Shown: positions 8,964 to 18,133 of the stretch, piece by piece
Layout: each line of letters opens with the position of its first letter
Position numbering within the stretch: position 1 is the first letter of the stretch
Origin: Candidatus Omnitrophota bacterium
Lineage (GTDB): Bacteria; Omnitrophota; Gorgyraeia; Zapsychrales; Fredricksoniimonadaceae
Length of the DNA: 64,000 bases
Assembly (NCBI GenBank): GCA_903944345.1
Contig: CAJARJ010000002.1
Span: forward strand, 1,969 to 65,968
Direction: 5' to 3'
The notes under the pieces: generated by a model
Seen by the model: only the letters and a program-made list of their open reading frames with translations
The model's database searches: none
Told to the model about the DNA's origin: nothing
Translations under genes and position numbers: made by a program

Positions 8964-11402
8964 TTAGAAACCTCGGCTCACGCTGAAATAAAACTTTCCG
9001 GTCTTGCTCTTTTCATCCTCGTCCGGCTGACGATCCAATGGAATACCGTAATCAAGATTCATTGGTCCGATCGGGGTCTTGATTCGCAAGCCTATCCCGT
9101 ATCCGGCATAAAGGCGGTTGGAAGCAAAATCACTGTACTTTGACCAGACATTCCCGATATCAAAGAAAGTAGCAAACTTGATTACGTCAATCAGCGGAAT
9201 AGTATATTCAACACTGCCCACCAGAATTGATTCGCCACCTATCGGATCCTTGGTGTTGGCATCGAGCGGCCCGATGGAACGCTCATCATAGCCACGGATT
9301 GAACGGGCACCACCGGAGAAATAGCGTTCAAAAATCGGAACCTTGCTGGTATCGCCATAGGCGCGAACCATGCCCATGCGCCCGCTGATCTCCAGCACCG
9401 AAGCAAAGTTGAAAGGAACATAGTACGCCCCGTTGGTTTCCAGACGATAGAAATCCTTGTCGCCCGCCATCGCCCCTCCGGCCAGATCAGAAGACACGCT
9501 GGCCAGCCAGCCTTTGCTCGGCGCAAGGCGATTATCCCTGTGATCCTCGGTCAGCGAACCACCGATTGAACTGACCACATTCTTCCCCTCTTCGGCCTTC
9601 AGGTCCGCTGAAACATCAGACTCCATATCACTGATCTCGATATTTTCCAGGCGGTAGTATCCGGCCGCAGAAAGATATTCGGAGATCTCCTTGCCAAGGC
9701 GAAGCTTTCCTCCTGTACGAACCTGATTATAGGCATACCCCGTATCCGCCTCGCGCTCGTGCTGCATACGATAAATATCAAACCCGGCAGAAACCGGATA
9801 ATCAAACAGCCAGGGCTCGGTGAACGACAGGATCATATTGTTTCTGGTTGATCCAAACTCCGCGCGAGCAGAAACAGTCTGTCCTCCACCAGTAAAAGAA
9901 GGCCAGTTCGAAAAATCGAAATTTTTCTGCTCAACCTCTACAAAGCCGATCAACTGATCAACGGTCGAATACCCGCCGCCAAAGCTGAAAGCCCCGGTCT
10001 TGGCTTCCTTGACATCGACCACGAGATCTTTCTGATCCGGCACATCCGTGTCTTCGATATCAAAAGCAACATCCTCGAAATAACCGAGGCTGTTAAGCCT
10101 TTCCTTGCTGCGGCGCAGCTTGACCCCGTCAAACTGTTCTCCAGGATACATACGCAATTCCCGACGAATAACAATATCGCGAGTCTGGGTGTTGCCCTGG
10201 ATAAGAACCTTGTTGATATAGGCAATATTGCCTTCGACAATCTCCAGTCGCAAGTCAACTTTTCCAGTATTCGTGTCAAGAGATGTTGACTCGTTAACCC
10301 GGGCAAAAATATAACCCCGATCAAAATAAAGAGTTTTTACGTTAGCCAAATCATCCGCCAGGCGGATCTTGGAAAAGATACGGCCAGGCTTCATGTCTTT
10401 CATGACGGCATTAATCTCATCAACTGAAAGAACAAGATTTCCTGTCAAGGCAATATCCCCGATAAAATAACGCTGCCCCTCGTCCACCTGAACATTTAGA
10501 TTCATCAAGCCGCCGCGCACCTGCTCGATCTCGTAAGTGACCTTGGCATCAATGTAACCTTCTTTTTCGTAAAACGCCTGAACCCGCTCCATGTCTTCAT
10601 TGACTACATCATCCTTAAGGAATCCCGAATTAAGAAGCCAGGCATTGCGGGACTTCATGGCTTTGATGATACGCCCATCCTTAAAAGCCGTGTTACCAAA
10701 AATATTGATCCGGCGAATTCTGACCCGGAAGCCTTCGTCCACAACAAAATGCAGCGTGGCCTTGTTGGTTTCATCATCAACAAAGGTTTCCACGTCAATC
10801 TCGGCCTGGGTCAACCCCTTTTTGTGGTACATTTCCCTGATTGTGTTCAAATCATCATGCAGAACCTTGCGATCCAGAAATTTTCCCGTCTGGGTCTTGA
10901 GCTTGGACAAAAGCACTTTTTTCCCGAAATAGCGAATCTTGGAAAAAGTAATCTCGTCGATAATCGGCTTTTCGTCGACTGCGATAATGACCCGAACGCC
11001 ACCGTCTTCATCCTTGCGATCAAGACGCACATCCGAGAAATAGCCGGTGTTATAAAGTCTTTTAAGGTCGTCGGAAATAACATTCTGACGGTATTCCTGT
11101 CCAACACGAGTCCTGATCTTGCTTAAAATTGTCGCCAGGCCAATGCTGCGATTGCCCTGGACGTCCAGAGCCTTGACAAACCGGCCTGTTGCGTCTTCTG
11201 GCAACTGGCTTTCGGATGCATCCGGCTCCTGAGCATCAACCTCAACGTCAGCCTCGACTTCTTGCCCGACAACAGCACTCTGGGCTTCGTCCAGCGCCCG
11301 CTGAACCGGATCATCTGCCGGATCAGCCGCACGCGACAAGGAAGCCGTCAAAAGAAACGAAAGACACACAACAATGGTAGTCAGGGGGGTAGTTTTTTTC
11401 AT
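8964..11402 (-). CDS. bamA: Outer membrane protein assembly factor BamA
   Basis: Signal peptide MKKTTPLTTIVVCLSFLLTASLSRA (start codon at 11400-11402), POTRA-like repeats, and a C-terminal beta-barrel ending in an aromatic-rich ...YFSVSRGF. The ORF-track upstream extension to 11789 is unlikely to be translated. Confidence 0.85.
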   Translation of the reverse strand: MKKTTPLTTIVVCLSFLLTASLSRAADPADDPVQRALDEAQSAVVGQEVEADVEVDAQEPDASESQLPEDATGRFVKALDVQGNRSIGLATILSKIRTRVGQEYRQNVISDDLKRLYNTGYFSDVRLDRKDEDGGVRVIIAVDEKPIIDEITFSKIRYFGKKVLLSKLKTQTGKFLDRKVLHDDLNTIREMYHKKGLTQAEIDVETFVDDETNKATLHFVVDEGFRVRIRRINIFGNTAFKDGRIIKAMKSRNAWLLNSGFLKDDVVNEDMERVQAFYEKEGYIDAKVTYEIEQVRGGLMNLNVQVDEGQRYFIGDIALTGNLVLSVDEINAVMKDMKPGRIFSKIRLADDLANVKTLYFDRGYIFARVNESTSLDTNTGKVDLRLEIVEGNIAYINKVLIQGNTQTRDIVIRRELRMYPGEQFDGVKLRRSKERLNSLGYFEDVAFDIEDTDVPDQKDLVVDVKEAKTGAFSFGGGYSTVDQLIGFVEVEQKNFDFSNWPSFTGGGQTVSARAEFGSTRNNMILSFTEPWLFDYPVSAGFDIYRMQHEREADTGYAYNQVRTGGKLRLGKEISEYLSAAGYYRLENIEISDMESDVSADLKAEEGKNVVSSIGGSLTEDHRDNRLAPSKGWLASVSSDLAGGAMAGDKDFYRLETNGAYYVPFNFASVLEISGRMGMVRAYGDTSKVPIFERYFSGGARSIRGYDERSIGPLDANTKDPIGGESILVGSVEYTIPLIDVIKFATFFDIGNVWSKYSDFASNRLYAGYGIGLRIKTPIGPMNLDYGIPLDRQPDEDEKSKTGKFYFSVSRGF

Positions 11403-11505
11403 GGGCGTAATTATACTTTCCCGCGAAAGCCGTGTCAAAAGGATAAAAACAAATATTAGGAATGTAGCCGGGGGCACCCAAAACACTTGGCCTGAAGAAA
11501 ACGGT

Positions 11506-12843
11506 TCATTCCGCGTGAACGGCGTCCAGATTATCGAAGCGCACAAACTCCTTGGAAAATCTGAGCTTAACGGTGCCAACCGGCCCGTTACGCTGCTTGG
11601 CAATGATAACCTCGGCCAAGCCAAGATTTTCCGGTTTGGGATCATAATAATCCTCACGCATGAGAAGAACCACCACGTCGGCATCCTGTTCAATCGCGCC
11701 CGATTCGCGCAAATCCGACAACTGCGGTCGGTGATCCTGGCGACTTTCAACAGCCCGTGACAACTGGCTGATGGCAATAACCGGAACACTCAGTTCACGA
11801 GCCAAAGCCTTGAGGGAGCGGGATATTTCAGAAATTTCCTGCTGCCGGTTCTCGGACTTCGTAGAAGCCCGCATCAGTTGCAAATAGTCGACAATGACCA
11901 GTCCGATCTTATGCGCAGACTTGAGTCGCCTTGCCTTGGCCCGCAACTCCAGGGGAGAAATAGCCGGCGTGTCGTCAATAAAGAAAGGGATCTGGGACAA
12001 CTTGCCCGCCGCTTTCGTTAAAAGCGGCCATTCCGAGGGAACAAGCATTCCGGTACGAACTTTGGAGGCATCCACTCTCGCCTGGCTGCAAAGCATACGC
12101 ATGACAATCTGCTCTTTGGCCATTTCCAGACTGAAAAACGCAACCGGTATACCATGATTAATCGACGCATTCTCCGCCATTGAAGCTGCCAGGGCGCTTT
12201 TGCCCATGGAAGGACGCGCCGCCACAATAACCAAGTCGGAAGGCTGCAAACCTGACGTCATACGGTCAAAATCATAAAAACCGGTAGGCACTCCGGTAAT
12301 CGAGGCCTTGTTATGATAAAGCTTATCGATGGTGGCAATGGTATTCTTGACAATATCCTTGACCGAAACCGCCTGCTGCTTCTGGCGTGCTTGCGCGATC
12401 TCGAAAATAAGCTTTTCGGAGGTATCCACCAGCTCATCCACCTGCGCATCCGGATCGTAACTGCGGGTGACTATCTCGGTCGCGCTGCGGATCAACTTGC
12501 GCTTGATGCCCTTGTCCTTGACAATCGCGGCATAATGCAGAACATTGGCCGCTGTAGGAACCAGATCCACCAGTTCGGTAAGGTAGCTGACACCTCCGAC
12601 AGACTCAAGCACACCGTCGGCAGTCAGCTGGTCGGAAAGAGTGATCGTATCAACGTTCCGGCGAGAAGAATAGAGTTTGACAATAGCGTCAAAAATACGC
12701 TGGTTGGCAATTTCATAAAAAAAAGAGCTGTCAAGGACCTCAATGACGTCCCCGACAGCATCTTCACTGATCAGCATGGCCCCCAGAACCGCCTTCTCGG
12801 CGTCCGGATTCTGCGGGGGAACTCTTATTTCTTGGTGACCCAT
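11506..12843 (-). CDS. dnaB: Replicative DNA helicase DnaB
   Basis: N-terminal DnaB domain (NPDAEKAVLGAMLIS) and C-terminal RecA-like domain with Walker A GARPSMGKSALA. Confidence 0.9.
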   Translation of the reverse strand: MGHQEIRVPPQNPDAEKAVLGAMLISEDAVGDVIEVLDSSFFYEIANQRIFDAIVKLYSSRRNVDTITLSDQLTADGVLESVGGVSYLTELVDLVPTAANVLHYAAIVKDKGIKRKLIRSATEIVTRSYDPDAQVDELVDTSEKLIFEIAQARQKQQAVSVKDIVKNTIATIDKLYHNKASITGVPTGFYDFDRMTSGLQPSDLVIVAARPSMGKSALAASMAENASINHGIPVAFFSLEMAKEQIVMRMLCSQARVDASKVRTGMLVPSEWPLLTKAAGKLSQIPFFIDDTPAISPLELRAKARRLKSAHKIGLVIVDYLQLMRASTKSENRQQEISEISRSLKALARELSVPVIAISQLSRAVESRQDHRPQLSDLRESGAIEQDADVVVLLMREDYYDPKPENLGLAEVIIAKQRNGPVGTVKLRFSKEFVRFDNLDAVHAE

Positions 12844-13268
12844 AACCGGAATTTTCCTGTAACTTCCGGATGCAAGCGAACCCCGATTTCAAAAATCCCG
12901 AGCTCGTCGACCGTTTTTTCGATCACAAGATCCTTGCGCTCGTACTTGAAGCCTTCGGTCTCAAGGGCTCTCAAAATATCGTTCTCGGTCACCGAACCGT
13001 ACAACTTGTCCTGCTCGTTAACCTCGACTAGCACCGTACAGGAGACCTTGGCCAATTTCTCGGCGATGCCGGCAGCTTCAGAACGACGGGCATCATCAGC
13101 GGCCTGCTCCTTGGCTTTACGGGCTGCGATCTTCTTGAGATTGTCCTTGGTTGCAGCAACGGCCAACTGACGGGGAATAAGATAATTCCTCGCGTAACCC
13201 GCTTTAACCTTCACCACGTCCCCGGTCTTGCCCAGGGTTGCAATATCCTGACAAACAATAACTTCCAT
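12825..13268 (-). CDS. rplI: 50S ribosomal protein L9
   Basis: MEVIVCQDIATLGKTGDVVKVKAGYARNYLIPRQLA is a canonical L9 sequence. Confidence 0.9.
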   Translation of the reverse strand: MEVIVCQDIATLGKTGDVVKVKAGYARNYLIPRQLAVAATKDNLKKIAARKAKEQAADDARRSEAAGIAEKLAKVSCTVLVEVNEQDKLYGSVTENDILRALETEGFKYERKDLVIEKTVDELGIFEIGVRLHPEVTGKFRLWVTKK

Positions 13269-13275
13269 CTTTCAC

Positions 13276-13530
13276 TCACTTCCTTTTAGAAGAGCCCACC
13301 GGTAACAGAGCAAGATTTCTCGCCCGCTTGACTGCCTCTGCCAGAAAACGCTGCTGAATGGCATTGGCCCCCGTGAAGTGACGGGACAACAACTTCCCGC
13401 GTTCACTCAGAAATTTCCGCAAAGTCGGGAAATCCTTGTAATCAATAACCTCGGGCAGCGGCACCTGAACCTTGAAAGGCCGGACTGTGCGGCGAGGCTT
13501 CATGTTTTTCTTGTTATTCTTCTTTTCCAA
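13276..13530 (-). CDS. rpsR: 30S ribosomal protein S18
   Basis: [16 protein letters not shown]...[18 protein letters not shown] matches S18. Confidence 0.9.
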   Translation of the reverse strand: MEKKNNKKNMKPRRTVRPFKVQVPLPEVIDYKDFPTLRKFLSERGKLLSRHFTGANAIQQRFLAEAVKRARNLALLPVGSSKRK

Positions 13531-13572
13531 TTGATCCTCCTTATGAAACTTTTCCAGATTATCTTCCGATTA

Positions 13573-14004
13573 TTATTCTTCCCAAGTAATATCATCCGGC
13601 CGCACTGGCTCATCATTGCCGGCAGCCTGATCGGAAACCGCTCCTTCAGCCTGCATACCGCCCTCGCCAGGACGCCCCCCGGGAAGAAACTGTATCCGTT
13701 CCGCCCGCACATCCATGGTGCTGCGTTTCTGCCCTTCCGGAGTTTCCCAGGAACGGGACTGCAGGATGCCTTCAACAAAAATAGCCCGTCCTTTTTGCAA
13801 ATACTGACTGCACGTCTCGGCCTGTTTGTCCCAGACCGTAATTGTAACGAAGCAGGTGTCTTCTTTCAGTTCTCCGGTACGATCCTTGAACTTCCGGTTA
13901 ACCGCAATCCGCAAATTTGCAACCGCAGTTCCGTTAGGCGTATAGCGCAATTCCGGATCTTTTGTCAAATTCCCGATCAACAGGACTTTGTTAAGACTGG
14001 CCAT
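13573..14004 (-). CDS. ssb: Single-stranded DNA-binding protein
   Basis: OB-fold N-terminus MASLNKVLLIGNLTKDPELRYTPNGTAVANLRIAVNR, Gly-rich linker and an acidic C-terminal tail (DDITWEE). Confidence 0.85.
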   Translation of the reverse strand: MASLNKVLLIGNLTKDPELRYTPNGTAVANLRIAVNRKFKDRTGELKEDTCFVTITVWDKQAETCSQYLQKGRAIFVEGILQSRSWETPEGQKRSTMDVRAERIQFLPGGRPGEGGMQAEGAVSDQAAGNDEPVRPDDITWEE

Positions 14005-14018
14005 GATTCTTCCTTCTG

Positions 14019-14366
14019 CTACAGCTTCTCGACCGGAGCCTTGACCACTTTGGCTTTAGCCGGTTTGACTTTCCTGGGCGCCGGAATGCCTAAAATCTGA
14101 AAACGCAAGACCCGCTCGTTGATATGCAGATCCCGACGCAGCGAAGCTACGCCAGTTCCGGGCATTTCCAGATGGGCAAGATAATAAGCGCCGTCCCAGA
14201 CTTTGCGCATCGGAAAAGTCATCCTCTGCTTTTCCATCCAGACATTAACATCCAGAACTTTTCCGCCGTATTTAATAACACCGTCGGCAATCTGTTTGGA
14301 TATCTCGTTCTTCTCCCCGTCCGTGAGGCGAGCATCCAGAATATAAACCATTTCGTACTTAATCAT
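14019..14366 (-). CDS. rpsF: 30S ribosomal protein S6
   Basis: MIKYEMVYILDARLTD... matches S6. Sits in the rpsF-ssb-rpsR-rplI order. Confidence 0.9.
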   Translation of the reverse strand: MIKYEMVYILDARLTDGEKNEISKQIADGVIKYGGKVLDVNVWMEKQRMTFPMRKVWDGAYYLAHLEMPGTGVASLRRDLHINERVLRFQILGIPAPRKVKPAKAKVVKAPVEKL

Positions 14367-14970
14367 CGACCTTCCTTTTGTTGAACTTTGTCATCGCTTC
14401 GGCCGCCTGTCCGGCGATCCAGAGCCTGAGGCAACCTGCCGCATCATCTATAAATGCCCCCATGCGGGCAATCTCTTCCTTTGTGAAATCCGAAAGAACG
14501 TAATCAACTTGCCGATCCGGTGAAGGCGGCTGTCCGATTCCCATCTTCAGCCTTGCCACCTCCGCTGTCCCCATCTGCTCAATAACCGAACGCATCCCGT
14601 TATGCCCGCCGTGGGAACCGCCGGTCTTAAGCCGCACAGCCCCAAAAGCAAGATGAATATCATCGGTCACAACCAGAATGTCCGGCAACCCGATCCGCTC
14701 GTAATCCGTGATTCCCCTGAGGGCATGCCCTGACAGGTTCATATACGTCAACGGCAGAGCAAACAAAACATTCTGCCCTTCAACTTCTGTCTCGGCCACC
14801 AGAGCCTGCGCATGCCGATACCTGGTAAAACCAGTCGTGTGCAGGCCGACAACATGCTCCACAAGCATAAACCCGAGATTATGACGGGTGTTCTGATACT
14901 CCCGCCCCGGATTTCCCAGACCGACCACCAGCTTCTTGCCTGCCACCCGGCCTCCTGTCCAACAATACAA
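14359..14970 (-). CDS. pth: Peptidyl-tRNA hydrolase
   Basis: The VVGLGNPGREYQNTRHNLGF motif. The true start is likely downstream of the ORF-track Met. Confidence 0.85.
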   Translation of the reverse strand: MYCWTGGRVAGKKLVVGLGNPGREYQNTRHNLGFMLVEHVVGLHTTGFTRYRHAQALVAETEVEGQNVLFALPLTYMNLSGHALRGITDYERIGLPDILVVTDDIHLAFGAVRLKTGGSHGGHNGMRSVIEQMGTAEVARLKMGIGQPPSPDRQVDYVLSDFTKEEIARMGAFIDDAAGCLRLWIAGQAAEAMTKFNKRKVDD

Positions 14971-14976
14971 AAAGCT

Positions 14977-15720
14977 TTACTTCTTGGCTTCCGGTTTGGC
15001 TGCAGGCTTGGCTGCTCCTGCTGCAGGCTTCGCTGCTCCCGCTGCAGGCTTGGCTGCTCCCGCTGCTGCCTTGTCATCCTTCGGCTTTTCTTTAATAACT
15101 TCCAGTTCCGGTGTTGCCGCGCCTTCCGCAGTCGTCGCCTCTGCTTCACGAGTCGAGAAGACCACTGCCGCAACGGCCGCGCCCGGGTCCATCTTGGTCC
15201 GCACGCCTGAAGGCAGCTTGAGGTCACTGACGTGAACCGAAGCGTGAATATCCAGGCCAGACACATCAACGTCGATATGCTGCGGAACATCTTTGGGCAA
15301 ACAGAAAATCTCGATCTCACGCAACAACTGTTCGAGTGTAGCACCCGGCTTCTTGATTCCAATGGCCTCGCCCTTAAGAATCAGCGGAACACGCAAGGAA
15401 ATTTCCTTGTCCATGAAAATACGCAAAAAATCCAGATGGACGATCAAATCCGAAACCGGATCAAACTGTGTGGCGCGCATAAGCGCAGGAAAATCCGCCA
15501 GTTTTTTCTCGCCCTCGGAGAGCTGCAAATGGAAAATAAAACTTTCTCCACTGTGCTGACGCATGATCCGCTCGTACTGACCGCGGGTAACCTGAACGCT
15601 CATCGGCTGCTGATCTCCGCCGTAAACGACCGCCGGAATCATACCGGACTTGCGCAGATCTTTCATCCGCTGACTGCCTTTTAAATTTCTTACCTGGACA
15701 TCCAATGTTACCTGTTCCAT
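14977..15720 (-). CDS. rplY: 50S ribosomal protein L25 / general stress protein Ctc with Ala/Lys/Pro repeat tail
   Basis: Start MEQVTLDVQVRNLKGSQRMKDLRKSGMIPAVVYG (start codon at 15718-15720). C-terminal tail AAGAAKPAAGAAKPAAGAAKPAAKPEAKK. Confidence 0.8.
   Translation of the reverse strand: MEQVTLDVQVRNLKGSQRMKDLRKSGMIPAVVYGGDQQPMSVQVTRGQYERIMRQHSGESFIFHLQLSEGEKKLADFPALMRATQFDPVSDLIVHLDFLRIFMDKEISLRVPLILKGEAIGIKKPGATLEQLLREIEIFCLPKDVPQHIDVDVSGLDIHASVHVSDLKLPSGVRTKMDPGAAVAAVVFSTREAEATTAEGAATPELEVIKEKPKDDKAAAGAAKPAAGAAKPAAGAAKPAAKPEAKK
14999..15070. repeat. Three tandem copies of a 21-nt unit (GCTGCAGGCTTGGCTGCTCCY) inside rplY 3' end
   Basis: Direct reading: gctgcaggcttggctgctcct / gctgcaggcttcgctgctccc / gctgcaggcttggctgctccc. 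Encodes (AAGAAKP)n. Confidence 0.8.
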
Positions 15721-15751
15721 ATCATCCTTCCTGCCTCTTCTTCTTGAATAC

Positions 15752-16702
15752 TTATCTATTAACCTCGAACAAACAGCTGATGGACTGCTCGTTGTGAATC
15801 CGCTTGATCGCTTCCGCCAGCAAAGGGGCAACCGTAAGCTGATGAATCTTGCTCACCTTCCTGCCTTTTGCGCTTAAAGGAATGCTATCGGTGATCACCA
15901 GTTCTTCCAGGGCCTTACACTCGGCCATACGGTCGATAGCCGGGCCGGAAAGAACCCCATGGCTAACCGCAGCAAAAACCTTGTCGACTCCCGCCTCTTT
16001 CAGTGCCTCAATCGCTTCGGTCAAAGACCCGCCAGTGGCCACAATGTCGTCAACCAGAACGGCATTGCGTCCCTTGACCTTACCGAGAATATTCATAACC
16101 TCGGTCTCCTCGGGTGACATGCGGCGCTTGTCAATAATAGCCAGGCCAGCCCCCAGGCGCTTGGCATAGGCACGCGCCATACGAATACCGCCCACATCCG
16201 GAGAAACCACCACGATATTCTTCATGCTCATCTTTTCGAAATGCTCACACAAAACGTTGATCGCATACAAATGATCAACCGGGATATCAAAGAACCCCTG
16301 AATCTGACTGGCATGCAAATCCATGCACAAAACCCGGTCAGCGCCAGCCGAAGTAATCAGATTGGCCACCAGCTTGGCCGTGATCGGAACCCGCGGCTGA
16401 TCCTTGCGATCCTGACGGGCATATCCATAAAACGGAATGACCGCCGTAACCCGCTTGGCTGAAGCACGCCGGGCGGCATCGATCAGAATCAGAAGCTCCA
16501 TCAAATTGTCGTTTGTCGGAGAGCAGGTGGACTGAACAATAAAAACGTCCTTGCCGCGCACATTGGACAAAATCTGCACGCGAATTTCTCCCTCGCTGAA
16601 ACGCCCGCACAGGACATCCGCCAGCGGGATATCCAAAAACGAACAAATCTTTTCTGCCAGTTCCTTGTTGGCATTACCGGAAAGAACACAAACCTCACTC
16701 AT
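15752..16702 (-). CDS. prs: Ribose-phosphate pyrophosphokinase
   Basis: PRPP synthetase motifs (DLHASQIQGFFDIPVDHL, VLVDDIVATGGSL). Start MSEVCVLSG at 16702. Confidence 0.9.
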   Translation of the reverse strand: MSEVCVLSGNANKELAEKICSFLDIPLADVLCGRFSEGEIRVQILSNVRGKDVFIVQSTCSPTNDNLMELLILIDAARRASAKRVTAVIPFYGYARQDRKDQPRVPITAKLVANLITSAGADRVLCMDLHASQIQGFFDIPVDHLYAINVLCEHFEKMSMKNIVVVSPDVGGIRMARAYAKRLGAGLAIIDKRRMSPEETEVMNILGKVKGRNAVLVDDIVATGGSLTEAIEALKEAGVDKVFAAVSHGVLSGPAIDRMAECKALEELVITDSIPLSAKGRKVSKIHQLTVAPLLAEAIKRIHNEQSISCLFEVNR

Positions 16703-17963
16703 GACGTTCCACCTTTTTAATAACACGTGCCGGAATACCCACCGCCACCCGATTGGCAGGAACCTTGCGTCCGGGCGTTACCACACTGCCCGCCCCGACT
16801 ACTGCTCCCGCCCCGACTTCCGTAGGGGCCACCAGCACCGCATCGCAACCGATAAAAGCCCCTCGACCGATATTCGTCTTGTTTTTATTCTTGCCGTCGT
16901 AATTTGCTGTTACCGCGCCACAGCCGATATTGGCTCCGCTACCGACATCCGCATCACCCAAAAAACTGAAATGCTTCATGTTCACATCTGCTCCCAAACG
17001 TGAACGGGAAATTTCCGCAAAATTCCCGACCGAAACCCGGTCAGCCAGCACAGTTCCGGGACGCAACCGGGCAAAAGGACCGACCGAACAATTTTCACCG
17101 ACACGCACACCATGATGAATATAGGTACACGGATAAATAACCGAATCCCGTCCGATACGCACATCCGACTCAACATATGTAGTCGCAGGGTCAACAACAG
17201 TGACTCCACTGCTCATCAAATCTTTTAAAATACGCTCCCGCATGATCGAGCCCGCCAGCGCCAGGTCCGCCCGGGTATTGATCCCCAGATTGGCTGTCCA
17301 GTCATCTGTAACCAGCGTATCCACCTTACACCCGCGCGACAAGAAAAGCTCAATTATGTCGGTCAGATAAAATTCTTTTTTCTTTGGGTTTATCGCAATA
17401 TCCGCAATCGAACCAAACAATTCCTTGCCGGCAAAACAATACACCCCGACATTAATTTCTCGAATAGCCCGCTCGGAAGTGTCAGCATCTTTATGCTCGC
17501 GAATGGCCCGAACCCTGCCGCTTTCATCCCGTAAGATCCGTCCATACCCTTCAGGATTAGCCAGCTCCGCAGTCAAAAACGTACATACAGCTCCCGAACG
17601 TCGGTGCCGGGAAACAAGTTTTCGAACGATCACCGGATCAAGCAGCGGAGTGTCTCCGCACATCACCAGAACTTCGCCGGAATAAGCTTTAAATTCGTCA
17701 GCCGCACAGCGTACCGCATGTGCTGTCCCCAACTGTTCTTCCTGAAGAACGATATCGGCGCGCCCCTCGACCGCTCGGCGAACCAATTCGGCCTCATGAC
17801 CCACCACGACATATGTTTTCAAAGAACCTGCGGCTTTGGCCGTGTCAATCACATAATCCAGAACCGGTTTTCCGCAAACCTCATGCAAAACTTTCGGCAC
17901 CCGGGAATTAAAACGCGTCCCTTTGCCGGCTGCAAGAATGATTGTTTTCAATTGTCGTTCCAT
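16695..17963 (-). CDS. glmU: Bifunctional UDP-GlcNAc pyrophosphorylase / GlcN-1-P N-acetyltransferase
   Basis: N-terminal nucleotidyltransferase (LAAGKGTRFNSRVPKVLH) and C-terminal left-handed beta-helix acetyltransferase. Confidence 0.85.
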   Translation of the reverse strand: MERQLKTIILAAGKGTRFNSRVPKVLHEVCGKPVLDYVIDTAKAAGSLKTYVVVGHEAELVRRAVEGRADIVLQEEQLGTAHAVRCAADEFKAYSGEVLVMCGDTPLLDPVIVRKLVSRHRRSGAVCTFLTAELANPEGYGRILRDESGRVRAIREHKDADTSERAIREINVGVYCFAGKELFGSIADIAINPKKKEFYLTDIIELFLSRGCKVDTLVTDDWTANLGINTRADLALAGSIMRERILKDLMSSGVTVVDPATTYVESDVRIGRDSVIYPCTYIHHGVRVGENCSVGPFARLRPGTVLADRVSVGNFAEISRSRLGADVNMKHFSFLGDADVGSGANIGCGAVTANYDGKNKNKTNIGRGAFIGCDAVLVAPTEVGAGAVVGAGSVVTPGRKVPANRVAVGIPARVIKKVERHE

Positions 17964-18133
17964 AGCGCAACATTTCTACGGCGGCTCTTTGCACGCTTCC
18001 CTATATAAAGAAGAAACGGGCACACTCTTGAATTCAGCAATATATAAAACCGCCAAAGAGCGCTAGTATAGCCGACACTTTTTCTTTCGTCAAGAATTAA
18101 ACCCGAAGGGCTCGCCCGACAACTCTTTCACTC

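Noticed and set aside
11402-11789. Upstream extension of the bamA ORF to 11789 (941 aa version)
   Set aside because: The extension encodes a Cys/Arg-rich non-membrane sequence. A canonical signal peptide starts at Met 11402, so the shorter BamA is preferred.
12313-13170. 285-aa plus-strand ORF
   Set aside because: Antisense to dnaB and rplI. No recognisable motifs. Shadow ORF.
18000-18133. Weak GGGC-tc-GCCC hairpin downstream of P2 as possible terminator or small RNA
   Set aside because: The stem is only 3-4 bp with no convincing U-tract. Not supportable.
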